In this document: one piece after another, positions 1-8,632 of the stretch
Layout of the letters: every line of letters begins with the position of its first letter
Numbering within the stretch: the first letter of the stretch is position 1
NCBI GenBank assembly: GCA_048939015.1
Contig: JBHLPW010000063.1
Span: forward strand, 1 to 27,504
Origin: Promethearchaeota archaeon
Lineage (GTDB): Archaea > Asgardarchaeota > Lokiarchaeia > Sigyniarchaeales > SOKP01
Reading direction: 5' to 3'
DNA length: 27,504 nt
Notes under the pieces: model-generated
The model's database searches: none
What the model was told of the DNA's origin: nothing
What the model saw: only the letters and a program-made list of their open reading frames with translations
Translations under genes and position numbers: made by a program

Positions 1-710
1 AATACTTCTAGCATACTTGAGCGTGTCTGTCTCACAATTCCTGCAATAGTTACAAATGCTAAACAAAACACGGGCATAGTAATGTGCCACAGATAATCGA
101 TAACCAAATAGAAATATCCACCGAATAACGAGTCAATTAAGAAGAACCCTGTTATAAATTCAGGATCCTCATATTGTACTTGTTTATAGCCAACCGTAGG
201 AAAGATTTCGACTTTGTACCCTAGAAAAAATTGCATTAACATTCCCAAAAAGAAAATCGGAATCGACACACCTATTAATGCGATTCCTCGAAAAATTGTA
301 TCTCTCGCTTTGTTTCTATGAGTAGCTGAAATCACTCCGACCTTGATTCCAATATAAGATGCAATAATGATTGAGAATAATGTAAGATCGAAAGTTCTTG
401 GAAGACGCCTTGCAATAAGGTCCCATACTGGCGTTCCAGTTGCAACTGAAACAGAATCACCCCAATTACCTGTAAAGAGATCTGCTAGATATCTGAAATA
501 CTGCAATACGATAGGTAAATCTAGGCCTAGTATATGTCGCATTTGCGCTATTCTCGTTGGATTCGGATGGGTTACTCCTTGAGCTTGTAAAAGTGCTATG
601 ACAGGATCACCAGGCATCATTCTAGATAGAATAAAAGTAAGGGTTAAAACTCCGAAAATCACTGGTATTATAGCAATCAATCTTTTTATTACATATTTTA
701 ATAGGCTCAT
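1..710 (-). CDS. dppB: Peptide ABC transporter permease (DppB/OppB family), 3' end runs off the window
   Basis: Not in the ORF track; translated by hand from ATG at 710: MSLLKYVIKRLIAIIPVIFGVLTLTFILSRMMPGDPV...LGLDLPIVLQYFRYLADLFTGNWGDS...RRLPRTFDL...GVSIPIFFLG...HITMPVFCLAFVTIAGIVRQTRSSMLEV. These are DppB motifs (PGDP, GLDxP, GxWGxS, R-x-x-R-S-S-M-L-E-V). Confidence 0.93.
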   Translation of the reverse strand, partial: MSLLKYVIKRLIAIIPVIFGVLTLTFILSRMMPGDPVIALLQAQGVTHPNPTRIAQMRHILGLDLPIVLQYFRYLADLFTGNWGDSVSVATGTPVWDLIARRLPRTFDLTLFSIIIASYIGIKVGVISATHRNKARDTIFRGIALIGVSIPIFFLGMLMQFFLGYKVEIFPTVGYKQVQYEDPEFITGFFLIDSLFGGYFYLVIDYLWHITMPVFCLAFVTIAGIVRQTRSSMLEV

Positions 711-752
711 AAAACCACTTTATTTTTTTTTTCTTTAAATTTTTTTTATTTA

Positions 753-1220
753 TTATTCTGTTGGTAATGCTTGAGCTTTTATAATATATCTCTTATATTT
801 CTCTTTTGCCATTGCTCCTAAAAGAGATGCTAATAAGATGATCATAAATAAACTCAACATAGTTACATATGATTGCCATTGCGCAAAATAATAACTTATG
901 ATTGTGATATCAAATCTCTCATCAATGAACCAAAACCATACCCATGATTCAATTACTATAAAGGGTATCGTCCAGATGCTATTTCTTATTCCATATTCAA
1001 AGAAATTTTCTCTGAAGGTCATTAAGAATATTATTATAAAAAGAATTATACTTGAAAGGTAGGAAATAGGAGAGAACAATACATTATGAAGAAATAATAT
1101 ATTTATTCCTATGGTTTTGCGGTATAGATTACTAAGATATCCAAAAAATACGAAATGGATCAGTAATAACGCTAAAATTAAATTTCCCTGCCTACCAAAA
1201 TCAACTTTTTTAAATTCCAT
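753..1220 (-). CDS. Hypothetical small integral membrane protein (about 4 TM) inside the dpp locus
   Basis: 155-aa ORF with about four hydrophobic segments, co-oriented between the substrate-binding protein and permease genes. No recognisable family motif. Confidence 0.75.
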   Translation of the reverse strand: MEFKKVDFGRQGNLILALLLIHFVFFGYLSNLYRKTIGINILFLHNVLFSPISYLSSIILFIIIFLMTFRENFFEYGIRNSIWTIPFIVIESWVWFWFIDERFDITIISYYFAQWQSYVTMLSLFMIILLASLLGAMAKEKYKRYIIKAQALPTE

Positions 1221-1340
1221 TTCTCAAATACTCATTTTTTAATTATATTTTGAAATACTCTATTGTTTAAATAATAATTTGTTTTTTTTAAATATTGTTT
1301 TGATATTTCGACTATTTACCATATTTTGCTATATTAGAAT

Positions 1341-1351
1341 AAAAAAAAAAA
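1341..1351 (-). terminator. Possible archaeal oligo(U) terminator downstream of the substrate-binding protein gene
   Basis: An A11 run on + (T11 on -) lies about 40 nt after the SBP stop. The AT-rich background lowers specificity. Confidence 0.35.
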
Positions 1352-1392
1352 GTAGTTAATTAAAATTTTTTTTAAAAATTTTGTATTAAATT

Positions 1393-3171
1393 TTATATAG
1401 TTGGAACTCCTGGAATCAAGTAGGAATCTCTACACCAGAGATCTCGCTTGACGTTGTAGCAAACGTTTCCTAAGCTCTTATGATGTCCATACATAACCAT
1501 ATCGTTCATAGTTGGCATTTCAGCGTAAAGCACATTGATTGCTCTATTTTGGATATAATATAATAGCTCTGCTTTTCTAGCACCCTCTACGGGATAGAGT
1601 GTGTTAAACTTGGCGGCTAAAGGACCAGAAGCAGCATCAGTTGGAAGGGCTTTTTGATAATCTAACAACCAACCCAAGATGATAGGATCATTAAGTTGGA
1701 TGTGATTGGCAGTTGACAAATTACTTAATAATGGCTCAACCATATTGAATGGGTCCAAATAATCAGGTCCCCAACCAGTGTGGAATAACTCAAGTATATC
1801 TGGCTCATAACTAGAAACATAAATGTATCTCTCCCAGTCCATAACATCGGATACAAGGGCAATACCAATTTTGGCCAAATCTTGTCTGAAAGCTTCATTC
1901 ATCGCTATTCCTGTAGTCCATCCTTCATGCTCTTGAACTAGATATGTAACAAAGGTTTTAGCTTCCCAGGCTGCGTCATTGGCAGTATTGTTACCAACTG
2001 CCCAAGGTTTGAGTCCAGTTGCATCCCAACCCATGTCTGCACAAGCAGCTAACATAGCTTGTCTTGCGACGACTGTATCATAATCTGGTGAGATAAAGGA
2101 TGCATTATAGTATGGGAATCCTGGTGGTAAGAAATGAGTTGCTCGAATTCCAAAACCTAACCGGATTACCTGAATATAATAGGTATAGTTATAGGCATAT
2201 GCTATAGCTTTTCTTATATTAGTATTATTGATTTTATGGTTATTTATTCCCCAGTATCTATAAATAAAACTTGTTTCCAAGTTTACAAATACCAGATTTG
2301 GATCGGCTTGAACTGTTGGAATCATAGATGATGGGAAAGTACCTCTATGTACTTCTCCACCAAGCAAGGCATTACCTGCGGTTACAGTATCTGGGTAAAA
2401 GATCCAAATTATTTCATCCCAGAAGGTTGATTTACCCCAGTATAAGTCCCAACGCACAAATTTTTGTTCTTCACCTGCTACAATCACTTCATATTTGAAA
2501 GGACCAGTTCCAATTAACTTATCTTCTCCTAGTACTAAATAATCTGTTGCTGGAGTTGATCTTGGAGATACTATTGACCAAGCTCGATAAGATAATAAAG
2601 GAACGAAAATCGCGTTTGGCTTAAATAATACAAAGGTAACATTATAATCGCCATTAATTACAGTTTCATTAAGCTGAAAATTTCCTTCCAAGTCATAGAA
2701 TAGACTTGATGGATCACATACGTGTGATTCAGATGGTAATGTACCAGTTACGTTACAGAAGTAGGCAATTCTGTCAAATGTAAATTTAACAGCGGTTGCA
2801 TTAAAAGGAGTGCCATCATGGAACCAAACGTTTTCCCTTAGGATAACAGTTAATTCGTCTTTAGCGCCATTCCAAGTTGGAGCTTCTGCTGCTAGAGTAT
2901 ACAACAAAGCATAATCGGGATCATAAAGGTCATAGGTCCAAAGAGTATCACAAACGTGTGCAATCACATCATTTGATACACTATCCCATGAATCAACAGG
3001 ATCTAAAACTGCTGGAGAACTGCCTTCTGTTGTTCCGATTTTAAGTACATTTTTTTGTTCTGGTGCCTTAACAGCACCTGCACTAATACCGAGGATAATG
3101 TTTCCAACACCGGAAGCGGCAAGTACAACAGCAAGAATTATTATTGCTAAATTTTTCTTTTCCATTTCCAT
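1393..3171 (-). CDS. dppA: Peptide ABC transporter substrate-binding protein (SBP family 5, DppA/OppA-like)
   Basis: N-terminal hydrophobic anchor (KNLAIIILAVVLAASGVGNIILG), then LDP, LRENVWFHDGTPFNATAVKFTFDR, IGTGPFK, IRKAIAYA and GWGPDYLDP. ATG at 3171 (or 3165) is preferred over GTG at 3183. Confidence 0.93.
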   Translation of the reverse strand: MEMEKKNLAIIILAVVLAASGVGNIILGISAGAVKAPEQKNVLKIGTTEGSSPAVLDPVDSWDSVSNDVIAHVCDTLWTYDLYDPDYALLYTLAAEAPTWNGAKDELTVILRENVWFHDGTPFNATAVKFTFDRIAYFCNVTGTLPSESHVCDPSSLFYDLEGNFQLNETVINGDYNVTFVLFKPNAIFVPLLSYRAWSIVSPRSTPATDYLVLGEDKLIGTGPFKYEVIVAGEEQKFVRWDLYWGKSTFWDEIIWIFYPDTVTAGNALLGGEVHRGTFPSSMIPTVQADPNLVFVNLETSFIYRYWGINNHKINNTNIRKAIAYAYNYTYYIQVIRLGFGIRATHFLPPGFPYYNASFISPDYDTVVARQAMLAACADMGWDATGLKPWAVGNNTANDAAWEAKTFVTYLVQEHEGWTTGIAMNEAFRQDLAKIGIALVSDVMDWERYIYVSSYEPDILELFHTGWGPDYLDPFNMVEPLLSNLSTANHIQLNDPIILGWLLDYQKALPTDAASGPLAAKFNTLYPVEGARKAELLYYIQNRAINVLYAEMPTMNDMVMYGHHKSLGNVCYNVKRDLWCRDSYLIPGVPTI

Positions 3172-3480
3172 ATTGAAATTCACTTTAGTTTTTTGTTGTT
3201 TACAAATTTTTTGTAGATAAGTTGTTAAATATTGATTTAAATTCGTATCCTTATAAGTTTTATCCTTTTTTTTTCATTCTTATTTCAAATCATAAAAGGT
3301 TTTTAAATATAAGTGAAAGACTTATATTTAGGGTTATAAAATTCTTAACAATTTATTCATTAATATTAGGTTAATTCGCAAAAAGGTCATTTTGATAGTT
3401 GTATTTTTTAATTTAATTCATTTAATAAGAACAAATTAATAGGGAGATATGGGAATAAAATGGGAATCCTTTCTAAGTTC

Positions 3481-4404
3481 CTACAAGCTAAACAGCCAAT
3501 TATAATAAAATGAAAAAAATAGTATAATTATAAGAATTAAGCCCGCTATTATTATTCCTTTATCTAGGAATGCCTTTTCTGTGTTACGAGCAATTTCTGG
3601 TTTAGATGAAGTTAAATACATATATCTCATAATTATATAAAGCGCGATTGGTATTGAGAAGATAACTAAATACTCATTCGGATTAAAAATTACAGGTTCA
3701 TATAAATTAAATTTTATGATAAGATAGAGAGAATAGGTCATAAACAACGCTCCAGCAGTAATCAAATGAAATTGTTCGAGTAATTTTACTGAATACTGGT
3801 CATATACTTTTTTATGATCAATCGCCTTTTCCTTTCCAAGAAAGTCTAAATCTCCCTTTCTCTTAGCTATGCTTAAAAATAAAGCTACTTCAAATATAGC
3901 TAGAAATAACCAGGCTGATACAAATTCTTTAATAATTGCACATCCAGCTAAAGCCCTCCAGAGATAGCCCGTAGACAAAATAATTACGTCAATTAAAGCA
4001 TATCTTTTAAAAATATGATTATAAAGTTGACCTGTTATAATTAAAATGGTTATCATAGATATAAATCCTAAATTGGGTATAAGGAAAATAAGAGAGAGTA
4101 CAATAATTCCTCCTAATAATATTATTAATATTAGAGCAATAATGATAGAAAGTTCTCCAGAAGCTAGTGGTTTCCTTCTTATTTTTTCAAGATGTTTTTT
4201 ATCCTTTTTTATATCTACTAAATCATTTATAATATAATTGAATGAAGACGCACAACATAATATTATAAATCCAATTAACAAGTTTTTATAATATTCAGTT
4301 TCAAATAGTCTTTGACTGAAAAATATTCCAACAAATATCAATACATTTTTATAGTATTGCCGAACTCGTAGAAGATAGAGAATATTTTTTATTTTACTGA
4401 GCAT
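3481..4404 (-). CDS. UbiA prenyltransferase family, decaprenyl-phosphate phosphoribosyltransferase (DPPR synthase)-like subfamily
   Basis: LLRVRQYYKNVLIF (RxxQxxKN), YIINDLVDIKKDKKH..RKPLASG (NDxxDxxxD..H..RP-like motif), KRKGDL, RYMYL, and multiple TM segments. Confidence 0.85.
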   Translation of the reverse strand: MLSKIKNILYLLRVRQYYKNVLIFVGIFFSQRLFETEYYKNLLIGFIILCCASSFNYIINDLVDIKKDKKHLEKIRRKPLASGELSIIIALILIILLGGIIVLSLIFLIPNLGFISMITILIITGQLYNHIFKRYALIDVIILSTGYLWRALAGCAIIKEFVSAWLFLAIFEVALFLSIAKRKGDLDFLGKEKAIDHKKVYDQYSVKLLEQFHLITAGALFMTYSLYLIIKFNLYEPVIFNPNEYLVIFSIPIALYIIMRYMYLTSSKPEIARNTEKAFLDKGIIIAGLILIIILFFSFYYNWLFSL

Positions 4405-4442
4405 TGTTAACTTCTTGAAAGACTCATCTATATTAAATTTTA

Positions 4443-6974
4443 TTAAGGAATTATAATTCGTTCTGGTTTAATTTTCTTTAAAATTTTAAGACCTAATCTA
4501 CTTGTTAGGCTTGTCTCTGATTTAATTTGAATAAGTGCGCTACTAAAATCAAAAATTACTATTTCTATTTCCTTATAGGGTATCTGAATATCTTTGGAAA
4601 AAATATTCTTAAACAGAATTACTTTGTGATTTTTTTTATCTTTAGGTGAATCTATCTTATAATTATTTGTGTTAACATCGATTTTTTGAATATATCCTAT
4701 TTCTAAATTATTCACGGGTTTTTTAAGATATACATATACAAGTACTTTTTCCTTTAATAGCCAATTCATTATGTTAATCTCAGATTTCCTAAATTGTTCA
4801 GTTCTACTAATAGATAAGAATATATTTTGTGGTCGAATTATTAATTCACCCAGTTGAAATGTTATATTATTTTCAGGATTTTTAGGATCAATCATCTCGA
4901 TTTGAAATTCGCTTAATTTATTTGTTGGATTTATATTTTTGCAAATATAGGTGTGTAATTCTCCTTTCTTTTTCAAAAAAATGTACTGATCTTTAAGATT
5001 TTTAATGAAGAATACTGAGTTTGATAGTTTTGTCTTTTTAATAGGTTTGTGAATTTTTTTTCCTTTTTCATCTAAGAAAATGTAATTCCCTTTTTTATTG
5101 TTGGTGTACACCTCAATATCAGTTAAGGTTAAAGGAGCATTTTTATGAAAATAATATTGTTCCTGCATATTAAATTGAAAACGCTCATATTTTGAAGAAT
5201 TTAATAAAATTGATTGACTAGATCTCAAATTTTGTACGAAAAATACTTCAGGATCAGTGATATTGTCAATAAAGTGGATGTCTTTTAATTTACCAATAAC
5301 AATTTCATCTGTAATTAAATTTCTAAAAATATAATCTTTTTTTACTTCAAATTGGTATAATTCTTTCCTCTTTATATCTTCCATTAATTTAGGAACATTA
5401 TCAATTCCAAAATGTTCTTTAAATTTTTCATTCGCAATTATTTTGAATTTTTCTCGAGCATTTTCAAACTTTAAAGCATATTTTTTTTGTTTTGATCTTC
5501 TAAGGCAAATAAAGGGTAGAATTGCTTCTTTACTTGGCTTCATTTTACTATCTAATATTGCTGCAATTCTAAAGTAACTAGGGGGATGTGAATTTAGAAA
5601 TGTTGCTAAAAGTGATATTTTTGATTGTTTAATCATTGATCGATTAAGATACTTTGCTGTATTCATATAATCAAGAAGTTGATTGTCTTCTGTTATTTTT
5701 TCTTCACACAATAACATCGTATTTAAACCAAGTTCCCTTCCAGTTGCATAAAAGCTCTCAAGATTGTAGAGTGCTTTAACAAGTTCATTTGCATATCCAA
5801 CTTTCTTTGTTCTTAAATCTGCTTTTCCTTCTAGAATTCTGACAAATATAAATAAAAAGAAGTATATAACCAAATTCAATAAAATGAATAAAACTAATGG
5901 GATCTGAGGATTTCCAAAAGTATAATCATAATAAGTGGCAGGAATACCCAGTAACATTCTAACTATAAGATCGATTGAAGTAATTATAGTCAAAATTAAT
6001 GTGTGTTTTCCTTTAGTATGTGATAATTCATGCGCTATAATACCTTTTAATTCATCTTTTGGGATCTCATTTATGTTATTAGCTATTATAGCAATTCTTT
6101 TATCAAATACGGAACCATAAGCCATAGCATTTAAAATAGGATACTTTCCAAATCCAACTTTTACTTTTCCTTTAATTCCAATATTAGTTTTTATCTCTTC
6201 TATAATAGTTAAAATGTTTTCTTCCTTTACTTTATGAATTCCAAGTAATTTGTCTAGTAAGAATCCAGAAACAAAATATACTCCCCAATTTGCTAAAATT
6301 AAAACAAAATAAATATTCAAAAAGAGATTTATAATTTTAAATCCACTGAAACTAATTGGTTTATCAACGAGAAAATTTAATGGAGTATATTGGTTGATAA
6401 ATACTACTGCTAACCACGCAATAATATAGAGGAATAATGTTAGATATTCGGGACTCATAAATCTCCAGACAATCACATATTTTCTTCCAAATAGTAGAAA
6501 TCCTAATATAAGAATTATCCAGAAAGAAAAAGCAAAACTTGTATTAATGTAGAATGGATCGTTGAGATAATAAGAAATTAAACCTGCAATAAATATAACA
6601 TTATATGTGATTAATGAAATAATTAAAACTTTATTGAGTATTGGATAATCCCTTAATTCATATATTCCTACCCATAGATATATCGAAAAAGCGCCCATAA
6701 TTGATGTTAAAAAATCTTTTGAGAAGAAAAAAATGAGAAAGAAAAAAAACAAAATAGCAACAATATCACTCATTTCACTTCTTTTTCCGTTTTTAGCCCA
6801 TTGATAAAATTCTTCAATAGTTAATACATAAAGAAAAAGTGTTATTAAAAATGTCCAATCAATTAGATTATCTGCTAGATTAGCCTTTAATAAAAAGTAA
6901 TTTACTAATATAAAAGAACCTAGTGAAAGAAATGGATATGAAATTAAAAGAAAATATCTGATCTGTTTTTTCAT
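4443..6974 (-). CDS. M48 family zinc metalloprotease (HtpX/Ste24-like) with an extended N-terminal membrane domain and a long soluble C-terminal extension
   Basis: ILNAMAYG, ELKGIIAHELSH (HExxH), ILEGKAD (third Zn ligand ExxAD), LVKALYNL and LNSHPPSYFRI (HP..R). 843 aa. Confidence 0.88.
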   Translation of the reverse strand: MKKQIRYFLLISYPFLSLGSFILVNYFLLKANLADNLIDWTFLITLFLYVLTIEEFYQWAKNGKRSEMSDIVAILFFFFLIFFFSKDFLTSIMGAFSIYLWVGIYELRDYPILNKVLIISLITYNVIFIAGLISYYLNDPFYINTSFAFSFWIILILGFLLFGRKYVIVWRFMSPEYLTLFLYIIAWLAVVFINQYTPLNFLVDKPISFSGFKIINLFLNIYFVLILANWGVYFVSGFLLDKLLGIHKVKEENILTIIEEIKTNIGIKGKVKVGFGKYPILNAMAYGSVFDKRIAIIANNINEIPKDELKGIIAHELSHTKGKHTLILTIITSIDLIVRMLLGIPATYYDYTFGNPQIPLVLFILLNLVIYFFLFIFVRILEGKADLRTKKVGYANELVKALYNLESFYATGRELGLNTMLLCEEKITEDNQLLDYMNTAKYLNRSMIKQSKISLLATFLNSHPPSYFRIAAILDSKMKPSKEAILPFICLRRSKQKKYALKFENAREKFKIIANEKFKEHFGIDNVPKLMEDIKRKELYQFEVKKDYIFRNLITDEIVIGKLKDIHFIDNITDPEVFFVQNLRSSQSILLNSSKYERFQFNMQEQYYFHKNAPLTLTDIEVYTNNKKGNYIFLDEKGKKIHKPIKKTKLSNSVFFIKNLKDQYIFLKKKGELHTYICKNINPTNKLSEFQIEMIDPKNPENNITFQLGELIIRPQNIFLSISRTEQFRKSEINIMNWLLKEKVLVYVYLKKPVNNLEIGYIQKIDVNTNNYKIDSPKDKKNHKVILFKNIFSKDIQIPYKEIEIVIFDFSSALIQIKSETSLTSRLGLKILKKIKPERIIIP

Positions 6975-7030
6975 TTTGTTTTACCTCTGCTATAGTATGT
7001 TATTATAATTTATATTTCATTTAATATATT

Positions 7031-8404
7031 TTAAGTAGGAGCTTTACTTTTCTTCATCTTTTCAATTTCAAACCAGAAATATTTGATTGTTGCCAGATAC
7101 CATAATAGCAATATTGGAATCATTAGTACAAAAGAAATTAATAAGTCAATTGGAATATTTACTATTCCAATTATTATACTTCCAATAGGTAGTGGCATAA
7201 TCACGCTTTCAATGAAAATTAAAAAAACTAAAATAGAAATTAAAAGTACTATCATTAAAACAATAATTCCTCGAATTCTAGGAAATTTATATAATATCAA
7301 AATGGTTGGAGCTATTAAAACGAAAAAACATATAATTAAATAATATATATTCAAGTTACCTAGAGTTACCTGCATAAGCAAGATAGATAACGTTGAAAAG
7401 AACCCACAAATTAATGATATAGCATAAAAATTTTTTACTAAAGTTGGTTCTCTTAATGGCCCACTTGCTAAAATTAAACGAGGTAAGGTTAAAACCGCAT
7501 CTTTTTGATCTGAGGCTTTAATTCGATCATCTTCAAGTAAAATTATATCATCTTTGCTTTCTCTGACGCTACTACTACTTTCAAAAAAACCACGTATGGA
7601 ATAAATATAATAAAAACTGTTAAAAATATGAATTAGGAGTACACAAAATGTTGCAACTTCCAAAGACCCAAATAACATAATACATGCGATCATTGCTCCC
7701 ATACCTAATGTACCAATGTCACCAGGAAAAATTTTTGCAGGATATTTATTAAAAATGAAAAAAGGAATAATAACGGCTATAACTGGAACTGTAAATAATA
7801 CTCCTTCAGCGGAGTTCCAGATAAGGCTACAAATAAATAAAAAAAATACTGCAATTAAACATGTTCCTGAACCTTCACCGTTATATCCTTCCAACATATT
7901 TACTGTATTAATAATAATTGCTACAATCAGTGGTACTAGAAAAGGATATATTATTGTTAGTCTTGTCCTATCGATAAATGGAATGGTTGGTGAATTTATG
8001 GTTATAAATCCAAATAAATTAGCTATGAAAAGTATGCTACCTGTAAATATTGATAATATGATTTTATAACGAGAACGTAATTTTATTCTATCATCTATAA
8101 ATCCTATAAATCCAGCTAATAATACTGTTAGAAGAAAAATTAAAGTTTGATTAAAGAATGTTGGAAAAAATACAATTATAAAAATTGAGGAAAATATTAA
8201 TCCAATTAGCATACTTAATCCTCCAGATTCTGCAATTTCAGGTTTAGAGTTTTTATGAATATCATTTCCAACGAATCTTTTTCTTTTCATGAAATTTATT
8301 AAATAAGGGAGGATAATATAAGTTATTGAAAATCCAGCAATGAATACAATACATAAGAGAACAATATCAAAAAAATTCCAATTTAAATCGGTAATATGTA
8401 TCAC
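7031..8404 (-). CDS. aglH: Polyprenyl-phosphate GlcNAc-1-phosphate transferase (MraY/WecA/GPT family; AglH/Alg7/DPAGT1-like)
   Basis: GNDIHK..KPEIAESGG, IGFIDD, NTVNMLEGYNG and FNKYPAKIFPGDIGT match archaeal/eukaryotic GPT motifs. Polytopic membrane protein with a GTG start. Confidence 0.82.
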   Translation of the reverse strand: MIHITDLNWNFFDIVLLCIVFIAGFSITYIILPYLINFMKRKRFVGNDIHKNSKPEIAESGGLSMLIGLIFSSIFIIVFFPTFFNQTLIFLLTVLLAGFIGFIDDRIKLRSRYKIILSIFTGSILFIANLFGFITINSPTIPFIDRTRLTIIYPFLVPLIVAIIINTVNMLEGYNGEGSGTCLIAVFFLFICSLIWNSAEGVLFTVPVIAVIIPFFIFNKYPAKIFPGDIGTLGMGAMIACIMLFGSLEVATFCVLLIHIFNSFYYIYSIRGFFESSSSVRESKDDIILLEDDRIKASDQKDAVLTLPRLILASGPLREPTLVKNFYAISLICGFFSTLSILLMQVTLGNLNIYYLIICFFVLIAPTILILYKFPRIRGIIVLMIVLLISILVFLIFIESVIMPLPIGSIIIGIVNIPIDLLISFVLMIPILLLWYLATIKYFWFEIEKMKKSKAPT

Positions 8405-8539
8405 TTTTTTCCTTATTTTTTTAATAAAAACTCTGTAAAATCACAGAATGTAAAGTTAAAAATATTTTATATATTAAATTTTTTATTTTTCAATATTAAG
8501 AAATAAGAAATGAATAGCCCGGCACGGATTCGAACCGTG

Positions 8540-8569
8540 TTCGCTATACACATCGGAACGACGTGTATT
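8540..8569 (-). other. tRNA intron 2 (variable loop/T-stem junction, 48/49), relaxed bulge-helix-bulge
   Basis: AATACACGTCGTTCCGATGTGTATAGCGAA with a 10-bp hairpin ATACACGTCG/CGATGTGTAT. Cutting the bulges as AC|A and AA|C restores CGAC-CACGG. Confidence 0.75.
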
Positions 8570-8602
8570 GTCGCGGGGTTCAAGGCCCCAAATGCTTGGC
8601 CA

Positions 8603-8632
8603 TATTGCTTAATACAAAAATGATGTATTAAT
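8603..8632 (-). other. tRNA intron 1 (D-loop, 15/16), relaxed bulge-helix-bulge
   Basis: ATTAATACATCATTTTTGTATTAAGCAATA with an internal hairpin TTAATACA/TGTATTAA. Cutting the bulges as AG|A and TA|T restores the D-loop AGTGGCCAA. Confidence 0.75.

Noticed and set aside
367-582. 71-aa plus-strand ORF
   Set aside because: Antisense shadow of the dppB permease on the minus strand.
3441-3470. Short TGGGAAT direct repeat downstream of the UbiA gene
   Set aside because: Only two exact 7-nt copies; not a CRISPR array and not distinguishable from chance.
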